From Eledone cirrhosa (taxonomy: Eukaryota): a DNA stretch of 64,000 nt. Within the stretch, counting starts at the first letter, position 1. Every line of letters begins with the position of its first letter. The stretch is taken from NCBI GenBank assembly GCA_964016885.1, contig OZ024743.1, forward strand, positions 138,632,001-138,696,000, written 5' to 3'. The position numbers and the translations under genes were made by a program. The notes beneath the pieces were generated by a model. The model searched no databases. It saw only the letters and a program-made list of their open reading frames with translations, and had not been told where the DNA came from. Positions 48,201 through 59,000 of this stretch are shown in pieces.

Positions 48201-51200
48201 TGCTTGGTGCTTGGTGTTTGGTGCTTGGTGCTTGGTGTTTGGTGTTTGGTGCTTGGTGCTTGGAGTTTGGTGTTTGGTGCTTGGTGTTTCGTGTTTCGTG
48301 TTTGGTTTTTGGTGCTTGGTGCTTGGTGCTTGGTCCTTGGTGTTTGGTGCTGGGTGCATTGTGTTTGGTGCTTGGTGCTTGGTGCTTGGTGTTTGGTGTT
48401 TGCTGCTTGGTGTTTGATGCTTGGTGCTTGGTGCTTGGTGTTTTGTGTTTGGTGCTTGGTGCTTGGTGTTTGGTGCTTGGTGCTTGGTGCTTGGTGTTTG
48501 TACTTGGTGCTTGGTGATTGGTGTTTGGTTCTTGGTTCTTGGTGTTTGGTGTTTGGCATTTGGTGTTTGGTGCTTGGTGCTTGGTGTTTGGTGCTTGGTG
48601 CTTGGTGTTTGGTGCCTGGTGCTTGGTGCTTGGTGCTTGGTGTTTGGTGTTTGGTGCTTGGTGCTTGGTGCTTGGAGTTTGGTGTTTGGTGCTTGGTGCT
48701 TTGTGTTTTGTGTTTGGTGTTTGGTTTTTGGTGCTTGGTGCTTGGTCCTTGGTGTTTGGTGCTGGGTGCTTTGTGTTTGGTGCTTGGTGCTTGGTGTTTG
48801 GTGTTTGCTGCTTGGTCTTTGATGCTTGGTGCTTGGTGCTTGGTGTTTTGTGTTTGGTGCTTGGTTCTTGGTGTTTGGTGCTTGGTGCTTGGTACTTGGT
48901 GTTTGTACTTGGTGCTTGGTGCTTGGTGTTTGGTTCTTGGTGTTTGGTACTTGGTGCTTGGTGCTTGATGTTTGGTGGTTGGTGCTTGGTGTCTGGTGCT
49001 TGGTGTTTGGTTTTTGGTGCTTGGTGTTTGGTGTTTGGTGCTTGGTGTTTGGTGTTTGGTGTTTGGTTCTTGGTGCTTGGTGTTTGGTGTTTGGTGTTTG
49101 GTGCTTGGTGTCTGGTGCTTGGTGTTTGGTGTTTGGTGCTTGGTGTTTGGTGTTTGGTGTTTGGTGCTTGGTGCTTGGTGCTTGCTGTTTGGTGTTTGGT
49201 GCTTGGTGCTTGGTGTTTGGTGCTTGGTGCTGGGTGCTTGGTGTTTGGTGCTGGGTGCTTGGTATTTGGTGCTTGGTGCTTGGTCTTTGGTGCTTGGTGT
49301 TTGGTGCATGGTGATTGGTGCTTGGTGTTTGGTGCTTGGTGTTTGGTGTTTGATGCTTGGTGCTTGGTGTTTGGTGATTGGTGCTTGGTGCTTGGTGCTT
49401 GGTGCTTGGTGTTTGGTGCTTGGTGCTTGGTGTTTGGTGCTTCGTGCTTGGTGTTTGGTTTTTGGTGCTTGGTGTTTGGTGTTTGGTGTTTGGTGCTTGC
49501 TGCTGGCTGCTTGGTGTTTGATGCATGGTGATTTGTGCTTGGTGTTTGGTGCTTGGTGTTTGGTGTTTGATGCTTGGTGCTTGGTGTTTGGTGTTTGATG
49601 CTTGGTGCTTGGTGCTTGGTGCTTGGTGTTTGGTGCTTGGTGTTTGGTGCTTGGTGATTGGTGTTTGTACTTGGTGCTTGGTGCTTGGTTCTTGGTGTTC
49701 GGTGCTTGGTGCTTGGTGTTTGGTGTTATATGCTTGGTGTTTGATGCTTGGTGCTTGGTGCTTGGTGTTTGGTGTTTGGTGTTTGATGCTTGGTGCTTGG
49801 TGTTTGGTGCTTGGTGCTTGGTGTTTGTACTTGGTGCTTGGTGCTTGGTGCTTGGTGTTTGGTGCTTGGTGTTTGGTGCTTGGTGCTTGGTGCTTGGTCC
49901 TTGGTGCTTGGTGTTTGGTGGTTGGTGTTTGGTGGTTGGTGTTAGGTGTTTGGTGCTTGGTGTTTGGTGTTTGGTGCTTGGTGTTTGGTGCTTGGTACTT
50001 GGTGCTTGGTGCTTGGTGTTAGGTGTTTGGTGCTTGGTGTTTGGTGCTTGGTGTTTGGTGCTTGGTGTTTGGTGCTTGGTGTTTGGTGCTTGGTGTTTGG
50101 TGCTTGGTGCTTGGTGCTTGGTGCTTGGTGTTTGGTGGTTGGTGTTTGGTGCTTGGTGTTTGGTGCTTGGTGTTACGTGTTTGGTGCTTGGTGCTTGGTG
50201 TTTGGTGTTTGGTGCTTGGTGTTTGGTGTTTGGTGCTTGGTGTTTGGTGCTTTTTGCTTGGTGCTTGGTGCTTGGTGTTTGGTGCTGGGTGCTTGGTGCT
50301 TGGTGTTTGGTGTTATATGCTTGGTGTTTGATGCTTGGTGCTTGGTGCTTGGTGTTGTGTGTTTGGTGCTTGGTGTTTGATGCTTGGTGCTTGGTGCTTG
50401 GTATTTGGTGCTTGGTGCTTGGTGTTTGGTGCTTGGTGCTTGGTGTTTGGTGCTTGGTGTTTGGTGCTTGGTGTTTGGTGCTTGGTGCTTGGTGCTTGGT
50501 GCTTGGTGTTTGGTGGTTGGTGCTTGGTGTTAGTTGTTTGGTGCTTGGTGCTTGGTGTTTGGTGTTTGGTGCTTGCTGTTTGGTGTTTGGTGCTTGGTGT
50601 TTGGTGCTTGCTGCTGGCTGCTTGGTGTTTGGTGCTTGGTGATTGGTGCTTGGTGTTTGGTGTTTGGTGCTAGGTGCTTGGTGTTTGGTGCTTGGTGCTT
50701 GGTGTTTGTACTTGGTGCTTGGTGCTTGGTTCTTGGTGTTTGGTGCTTGGTGCTTGGTGTTTGGTGCTTGGTGCTTGGTGTTTGGTGCTTGGTGTTTGGT
50801 GCTTGGTGTTTATTGCTTGGTGCTTGGTGCTTGGTGTTTGGTGCTTGGTGTTTGGTGCTTGGCGTTAGGTGTTTGGTGCTTGGTGCTTGGTGTTTGTACT
50901 TGGTGCTTGGTGCTTGGTTCTTGGTGTTTGGTGCTTGGTGCTTGGTGTTTGGTGCTTGGTGCTTGGTGTTTGGTGCTTGGTGTTTGGTGCTTGGTGTTTA
51001 TTGCTTGGTGCTTGGTGCTTGGTGTTTGGTGCTTGGTGCTTGGTGCTTAGTGCTTGGTGTTTGGTGCTTGGTGTTAGGTGTTTGGTGCTTGGTGCTTGGT
51101 GTTTGGTGTTTGGTGCTTGGTGTTTGGTGCTTGGTGTTTGGTGTTAGGTGTCTGGTGCTTGGTGTTTGATGTTTGGTGCTTGGTGTTTGGTGCTTGGTGT

Positions 51201-53011
51201 TTGGTGCTTGGTGTTTGGTGCTTGGTACTTGGTGCTTCGTGCTTCGTGTTAGGTGTTTGGTGCTTGGTGCTTGGTGTTTGGTTTTTGGTGCTTGGTGCTT
51301 GGTGTTTGGTGTTTGGTGCTTGCTGCTGGCTGCTTGGTCTTTGATGCTTGGTGATTGGTGCTTTGTGTTTTGTGCTTGGTGTTTGGTGTTTGGTGCTAGG
51401 TGCTTGGTGTTTGGTGCTTGGTGCTTGGTGCTTGATGTTTGGTGTTTGGTGTTAGGTGCTTGGTGCTTGGTGTTTGGTGCTTGGTGCTGGGTGGTTGGTG
51501 TTTAGTGCTTGGTGTTTGGTGCTGGGTGCTTGGTGTTTGGTGCTTGGTGCTTGGTCTTTGGTGCTTGGTGTTTGGTGTTTGGTGCTTGGTGCTTGGTTCT
51601 TGGTGTTTGGTGCTTGGTGCTTGGTGTTTGGTGCTTGGTGCTTAGTGTTTGGTGCTTGGTGCTTAGTGTTTGGTGTTTGGTGCTTGGTGCTTGGTGTTTG
51701 GTGCTTACTGTTTGGTGCTTGGTGCTTGGTGTTTGGTGTTTGCTGTTTGCTGTTTGGTGTTTGTTGTTTGGTGTTTGTTGTTTGGTGTTTGCTGTTTGGT
51801 GTTTGGTGTTTGCTTTTTGGTGTTTGGTGTTTGCTGTATGTTGTTTGCTGTTTGGTGTTTGGTGTTTGGTGTTTGGTGTTTGGTGCTTGTTGCTTGGTGT
51901 TTGGTGCTTGGTGCTTGGTGTTTGGTGCTTGGTGCTTGGTGTTTGGTGTTTGGTGCTTGGTGCTTGGAGTTTGGTGTTTGGTGCTTGGTGTTTCGTGTTT
52001 CGTGTTTGGTTTTTGGTGCTTGGTGCTTGGTGCTTGGTCCTTGGTGTTTGGTGCTGGGTGCATTGTGTTTGGTGCTTGGTGCTTGGTGCTTGGTGTTTGG
52101 TGTTTGCTGCTTGGTGTTTGATGCTTGGTGCTTGGTGCTTGGTGTTTTGTGTTTGGTGCTTGGTGCTTGGTGTTTGGTGCTTGGTGCTTGGTGCTTGGTG
52201 TTTGTACTTGGTGCTTGGTGATTGGTGTTTGGTTCTTGGTTCTTGGTGTTTGGTGTTTGGCATTTGGTGTTTGGTGCTTGGTGCTTGGTGTTTGGTGCTT
52301 GGTGCTTGGTGTTTGGTGCCTGGTGCTTGGTGCTTGGTGCTTGGTGTTTGGTGTTTGGTGCTTGGTGCTTGGTGCTTGGAGTTTGGTGTTTGGTGCTTGG
52401 TGCTTTGTGTTTTGTGTTTGGTGTTTGGTTTTTGGTGCTTGGTGCTTGGTCCTTGGTGTTTGGTGCTGGGTGCTTTGTGTTTGGTGCTTGGTGCTTGGTG
52501 TTTGGTGTTTGCTGCTTGGTCTTTGATGCTTGGTGCTTGGTGCTTGGTGTTTTGTGTTTGGTGCTTGGTTCTTGGTGTTTGGTGCTTGGTGCTTGGTACT
52601 TGGTGTTTGTACTTGGTGCTTGGTGCTTGGTGTTTGGTTCTTGGTGTTTGGTACTTGGTGCTTGGTGCTTGATGTTTGGTGGTTGGTGCTTGGTGTCTGG
52701 TGCTTGGTGTTTGGTTTTTGGTGCTTGGTGTTTGGTGTTTGGTGCTTGGTGTTTGGTGTTTGGTGTTTGGTTCTTGGTGCTTGGTGTTTGGTGTTTGGTG
52801 TTTGGTGCTTGGTGTCTGGTGCTTGGTGTTTGGTGTTTGGTGCTTGGTGTTTGGTGTTTGGTGTTTGGTGCTTGGTGCTTGGTGCTTGCTGTTTGGTGTT
52901 TGGTGCTTGGTGCTTGGTGTTTGGTGCTTGGTGCTGGGTGCTTGGTGTTTGGTGCTGGGTGCTTGGTATTTGGTGCTTGGTGCTTGGTCTTTGGTGCTTG
53001 GTGTTTGGTGC
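45273..53011. repeat. Tandem duplication, period 4032 bp, with a net 328-bp internal loss in copy 2 (offset becomes 3704)
   Basis: Offsets 4032 (45493/49525, 46642/50674), then 3704 (47374/51078, 47752/51456, 48972/52676). Chimeric junction monomer GGTGCAT at 49303-49309. Private variants are shared (GGCGTTA, ATTGCTT, GGCATTT, ACTGTTT). Confidence 0.93.
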
Positions 53012-56000
53012 TTGGTGCTTGGTGCTTGGTGTTTGGTGCTTGGTGCTTGGTGTTTGGTGCTTGGTGCTTGGTGTTTGGTTTTTGGTGCTTGGTGCTTGGT
53101 GTTTGGTGTTTGGTGCTTGCTGCTGGCTGCTTGGTGTTTGATGCATGGTGATTGGTGCTTGGTGTTTGGTGCTTGGTGTTTGGTGTTTGGTGTTTGATGC
53201 TTGGTGCTTGGTGCTTGGTGTTTGGTGCTTCGTGCTTGGTGTTTGGTGCTTGGTGTTTGGTGCTTGGTGTTTGGTGCTTGGTGTTTGGTGCTTGGTGCTT
53301 GGTGCTTGGTGCTTGGTGTTTGGTGGTTGGTGCTTGGTGCTTGGTGTTAGGTGTTTGGTGCTTGGTGCTTGGTGTTTGGTGTTTGGTGCTTGGTGTTTGG
53401 TGTTTGGTGCTTGGTGTTTGGTGCTTGGTACTTGGTGCTTGGTACTTGGTGTTAGGTGTTTGGTGCTTGGTGCTTGGTGTCTGGTTTTTGGTGCTTGGTG
53501 CTTGGTGTTTGGTGTTTGGTGCTTGCTGCTGGCTGCTTGGTGTTTGGTGCTTGGTGATTGGTGCTTGGTGTTTGGTGCTTGGTGTTTGGTGTTTGGTGCT
53601 TGGTGATTGGTGTTTGTACTTGGTGCTTGGTGCTTGGTTCTTGGTGTTTGGTGCTTGGTGCTTGGTGTTTGGTGTTATATGCTTGGTGTTTGATGCTTGG
53701 TGCTTGGTGCTTGGTGTTTGGTGTTTGGTGTTTGATGCTTGGTGCTTGGTGTTTGGTGCTTGGTGCTTGGTGTTTGTACTTGGTGCTTGGTGCTTGGTGC
53801 TTGGTGTTTGGTGCTTGGTGTTTGGTGCTTGGTGCTTGGTGATTGGTCCTTGGTGCTTGGTGTTTGGTGGTTGGTGTTTGGTGGTTGGTGTTTGGTGCTT
53901 GGTGTTAGGTGTTTGGTGCTTGGTGTTTGGTGTTTGGTGCTTGGTGTTTGGTGTTTGGTGCTTGGTGTTTGGTGCTTGGTACTTGGTGCTTGGTGCTTGG
54001 TGTTAGGTGTTTGGTGCTTGGTGTTTGGTGCTTGGTGTTTGGTGCTTGGTGCTTGGTGCTTGGTGCTTTGTGTTTGGTGGTTGGTGTTTGGTGCTTGGTG
54101 TTAGGTGTTTGGTGCTTGGTGCTTGGTGTTTGGTGTTTGGTGCTTGGTGCTTCGTGTTTGGTGCTTGGTGCTTGGTGTTTGGTGCTTGGTGTTTGGTGCT
54201 TGGTGTTTGGTGCTTGGTGCTTGGTGCTTGGTGCTTGGTGTTTGGTGGTTGGTGCTTGGTGCTTGGTGTTTGGTGTTTGGTGCTTGGTGTTTGGTGTTTA
54301 GTGCTTGGTGTTTGGTGCTTGGTACTTGGTGCTTGGTGCTTGGTGTTAGGTGTTTGGTGCTTGGTGCTTGGTGTCTGGTTTTTGGTGCTTGGTGCTTGGT
54401 GTTTGGTGCTTGCTGCTGGCTGCTTGGTGTTTGGTGCTTGGTGATTGGTGCTTGGTGTTTGGTGCTTGGTGTTTGGTGTTTGGTGCTAGGTGCTTGGTGT
54501 TTGGTGCTTGGTGCTTGGTGTTTGTACTTGGTGCTTGGTGCTTGGTTCTTGGTGTTTGGTGCTTGGTGCTTGGTGTTTGGTGCTTGGTGCTTGGTGTTTG
54601 GTGCTTGGTGTTTGGTGCTTGGTGTTTAGTGCTTGGTGCTTGGTGTTTGGTGCTTGGTGTTTGGTGCTTGGTGTTAGGTGTTTGGTGCTTGGTGCTTGGT
54701 GTTTGGTGTTTGGTGCTTGGTGTTTGGTGTTTGGTGTTATATGCTTGGTTTTTGATGCTTGGTGCTTGGTGCTTGGTGTTTGGTGCTTCGTGTTTGATGC
54801 TTGGTGCTTGGTGCTTGGTGTTTGGTGCTTGGTGCTTGGTGTTTGTACTTGGTGCTTGGTGCTTGGTTCTTGGTGTTTGGTGCTTGGTGCTTTGTGTTTG
54901 GTGCTTGGTGTTTGGTGCTTGGTGCTTGGTGCTTGGTGCTTGGTGCTTGGTGCTTGGTGTTTGGTGCTTGGTGTTAGGTGTTTGGTGCTTGGTGCTTGGT
55001 GTTTGGTGTTTGGTGCTTGGTGTTTGATGCTTGGTGTTTGGTGTTAGGTGTTTGGTGCTTGGTGTTTGGTGTTTGGTGCTTGGTGTTTGGTGCTTGGTGT
55101 TTGGTGCTTGGTGTTTGGTGCTTGGTACTTGGTGCTTGGTGCTTGTTGTTAGGTGATTGGTGCTTGGTGCTTGGTGTTTGGTGATTGGTGCTTGGTGTTT
55201 TGTGCTTGGTGTTTGGTGTTTGGTGCTAGGTTCTTGGTGTTTGGTGCTTGGTGCTTGGTGCTTGGTGTTTGGTGTTTGGTGCTTGGTGCTTGGTGTTTGG
55301 TGCTTGGTGCTGGGTGGTTGGTGTTTAGTGCTTGGTGTTTGGTGCTGGGTGCTTGGTGTTTGGTGCTTGGTGCTTGGTCTTTGGTGCTTGGTGTTTGGTG
55401 TTTGGTGCTTGGTGCTTGGTGCTTGGTGTTTGGTGCTTGGTGCTTGGTGTTTGGTGCTTGGTGCTTAGTGTTTGGTGCTTGGTGCTTAGTGTTTGGTGCT
55501 AGGTGCTTGGTGTTTGGTGCTTGGTGCTTGGCGTTTGGTGCCTGGTGCTTGGTGTTTGGTGTTTGGTGTTTGGTGCTTGGTGCTTGGTGTTTGGTGTTTG
55601 CTGTTTGCTGTTTGGTGTTTGTTGTTTGGTGTTTGTTGTTTGGTGTTTGCTGTTTGGTGTTTGGTGTTTGCTTTTTGGTGTTTGGTGTTTGGTGCTTGGT
55701 GTTTGGTGCTTGGTGTTTGGTGCTTGGTGCTTGGTGTTTGGTGCCTGGTGCTTGGTGCTTGGTGCTTGGTGTTTGGTGTTTGGTGCTTGGTGCTTGGATT
55801 TTGGTGTTTGGTGCTTGGTGCTTGGTGTTTCGTGTTTCGTGTTTGGTTTTTGGTGATTGGTGCTTGGTGCTTGGTCCTTGGTGTTTGGTGCTGGGTGCTT
55901 TGTGTTTGGTGCTTGGTGCTTGGTGCTTGGTGTTTGGTGTTTGCTGCTTGGTGTTTGATGCTTGGTGCTTGTTGCTTGGTGTTTTGTGTTTGGTGCTTGG

Positions 56001-59000
56001 TGCTTGGTGTTTGGTGCTTGGTGCTTGGTGCTTGGTGTTTGTACTTGGTTCTTGGTGATTGGTGTTTGGTTCTTGGTTCTTGGTGTTTGGTGTTTGGCGT
56101 TTGGTGTTTGGTGCTTGGTGCTTGGTGTTTGGTGCTTGGTGCTTGATGTTTGGTGCCTGGTGCTTCGTGCTTGGTGCTTGGTGTTTGGTGTTTGGTGCTT
56201 GGTGCTTGGTGTTTGGAGTTTGGTGTTTGGTGCTTGGTGCTTGGTGTTTTGTGTTTGGTGTTTGGTTTTTGGTGCTTGGTGCTTGGTGCTTGGTGTTTGG
56301 TGCTGGGTGCTTTGTGTTTGGTGCTTGGTGCTTGGTGTTTGGTGTTTGCTGCTTGGTGTTTGATGCTTGGTGCTTGGTGCTTGGTGTTTTGTGTTTGGTG
56401 CTTGGTGCTTGGTGTTTGTACTTGGTGCTTGGTACTTGGTGTTTGGTTCTTGGTTCTTGGTGTTTGGTACTTGGTGCTTGGTGCTTGATGTTTGGTGTTT
56501 GGTGCTTGGTGTTTGGTGCTTGGTGCTTGGTGCTTGGTGTTAGGTGTTTGGTGATTGGTACTTGGTGTTTGGTGCTTGGTGTTTGCTGTTTGCTGTTTGG
56601 TGTTTGGTGTTTGGTGTTTGGTGTTTGCTGTTTGGTGTCTCCTTTTTGGTGTTTAGTGTTTGCTGTATGGTGTTTGGTGTTTGCTGTTTGGTGTTTGGTC
56701 TTTGGTGCTTGGTGTTTGGTGCTTGGTGCTTGGTGTTTGGTGTTTGGTGCTTGGTGCTTGGTGTTTGGTGTTTGGTGCTTGGTGTTTGGTGTTTGGTGCT
56801 TGGTGTCTGGTGCTTGGTGTTTGGTGTTTGGTGCTTGGTGTTTGGTGTTTGGTGTTTGGTGCTTGGTGCTTGGTGCTTGGTGTTTGGTGTTTGGTGTTTG
56901 GTGTTTGGTGCTTGGTGCTTGGTGTTTGGTGCTTGGTGCTGGGTGGTTGGTGTTTGGTGCTTGGTGTTTGGTGCTGGGTGCTTGGTGTTTGGTGCTGGGT
57001 GCTTGGTGTTTGGTGCTGGGTGCTTGGTGTTTGGTGCTTGATGCTTGGTCTTTGGTGCTTGGTGTTTGGTGCTTGGTGCTTGGTGCTTGGTGTTTGGTGC
57101 TTGGTGCTTGGTGTTTGGTGCTTGGTGCTTGGTGTTTGGTTTTTGGTGCTTGCTGCTGGCTACGTGGTGTTTGATGCGTGGTGATTGGTGCTTGGTGTTT
57201 GGTGCTTGGTGTTTGGTGTTTGATGCTTGGTGCTTGGTGCTTGGTGTTTGGTGCTTGGTGCTTGGTGTTTGGTGCTTGGTGCTTGGTGTTTGGTGCTTGG
57301 TGTTTGGTGCTTGGTGCTTGGTGTTTGGTGTTTGGTGCTTGGTGTTTGGTGCTTGGTACTTGGTGCTTGGTGCTTGGTGTTAGGTGTTTGTTGCTTGGTG
57401 CTTGGTGTCTGGTTTTTGGTGCTTGGTGCTTGGTGTTTGGTGTTTGGTGCTTGCTGCTGGCTGCTTGGTGTTTGGTGCTTGGTGATTGCTGCTTGGTGTT
57501 TGGTGCTTGGTGTTTGGTGTTATATGCTTGGTGTTTGATGCTTGGTGCTTGGTGCTTGGTGTTTGGTGTTTGGTGTTTGATGCTTGGTGCTTGGTGTTTG
57601 GTGCTTGGTGCTTGGTGTTTGTACTTGGTGCTTGGTGCTTGGTGCTTGGTGTTTGGGGCTTGGTGTTTGGTGCTTGGTGCTTGGTGCTTGGTCCTTGGTG
57701 CTTGGTGTTTGGTGGTTGGTGTTTGGTGCTTGGTGTTAGGTGTTTGGTGCTTGGTGCTTGGTGTTTGGTGTTTGGTGCTTGGTGTTTGATGTTTGGTGCT
57801 TGGTGTTTGGTGCTTGGTACTTGGTGCTTGGTGCTTGGTGTTAGGTGTTTGGTGCTTGGTGTTTGGTGCTTGGTGTTTGGTGCTTGGTGCTTGGTGCTTG
57901 GTGCTTGGTGTTTGGTGGTTGGTGTTTGGTGCTTGGTGTTTGGTGCTTGGTGTTAGGTGTTTGGTGCTTGGTGCTTGGTGTTTGGTGTTTGGTGCTCGGT
58001 GCTTGGTCCTTGGTGCTTGGTGTTTGGTGGTTGGTGTTTGGTGCTTGGTGTTTGGTGCTTGGTGTTAGGTGTTTGGTGGTTGGTGTTTGGTGCTTGGTGT
58101 TTGGTGCTTGGTGTTAGGTGTTTGGTGCTTGGTGTTAGGTGTTTGGTGCTTGGTGCTTGGTGTTTGGTGCTTGGTGCTTGGTGTTTGGTGCTTGGTGTTT
58201 GGTGCTTGGTGTTTGGTGCTTGGTGCTTGGTGCTTGGTGTTTGGTGCTTGGTGTTTGGTGCTTGGTGTTAGGTGTTTGGTGCTTGGTGCTTGGTGTTTGG
58301 TGTTTGGTGCTTGGTGTTTGGTGTTTGGTGTTATATGCTTGGTGTTTGATGCTTGGTGCTTGGTGCTTGGTGTTTGGTGCTTGGTGTTTGATGCTTGGTG
58401 CTTGGTGCTTGGTGTTTGGTGCTTGGTGCTTGGTGTTTGTACTTGGTGCTTGGTGCTTGGTTCTTGGTGTTTGGTGTTTGGTGCTTGGTGCTTGGTGTTT
58501 GGTGCTTGGTGTTTGGTGCTTGGTGTTTGGTGCTTGGTGCTTGGTGCTTGGTGTTTGGTGCTTGGTGTTTGGTGCTTGGTGTTAGGGGTTTGGTGCTTGG
58601 TGCTTGGTGTTTGGTGCTTGGTGTTTGGTGCTTGGTGCTTGGTGTTTGGTGCTTGGTGCTGGGTGGTTGGTGTTTAGTGCTTGGTGTTTGGTGCTGGGTG
58701 CTTGGTGTTTGGTGTTTGGTGCTTGGTGCTTGGTGCTTGGTGTTTGGTGCTTGGTGCTTAGTGTTTGGTGCTTGTGTGCTTGGTGCTTGGTGTTTGGTGC
58801 TTGGTGTTTGGTGCTTGGTGCTTGGTGCTTGGTGCTTGGTGTTTGGTGTTTGGTGTTAGGTGTTTGGTGCTTGGTGCTTGGTGTTTGGTGTTTGGTGCTT
58901 GGTGTTTGGTGCTTGGTGTTTGGTGTTAGGTGTTTGGTGCTTGGTGTTTGGTGTTTGGTGCTTGGTGTTTGGTGCTTGGTGTTTGGTGCTTGGTGTTTGG

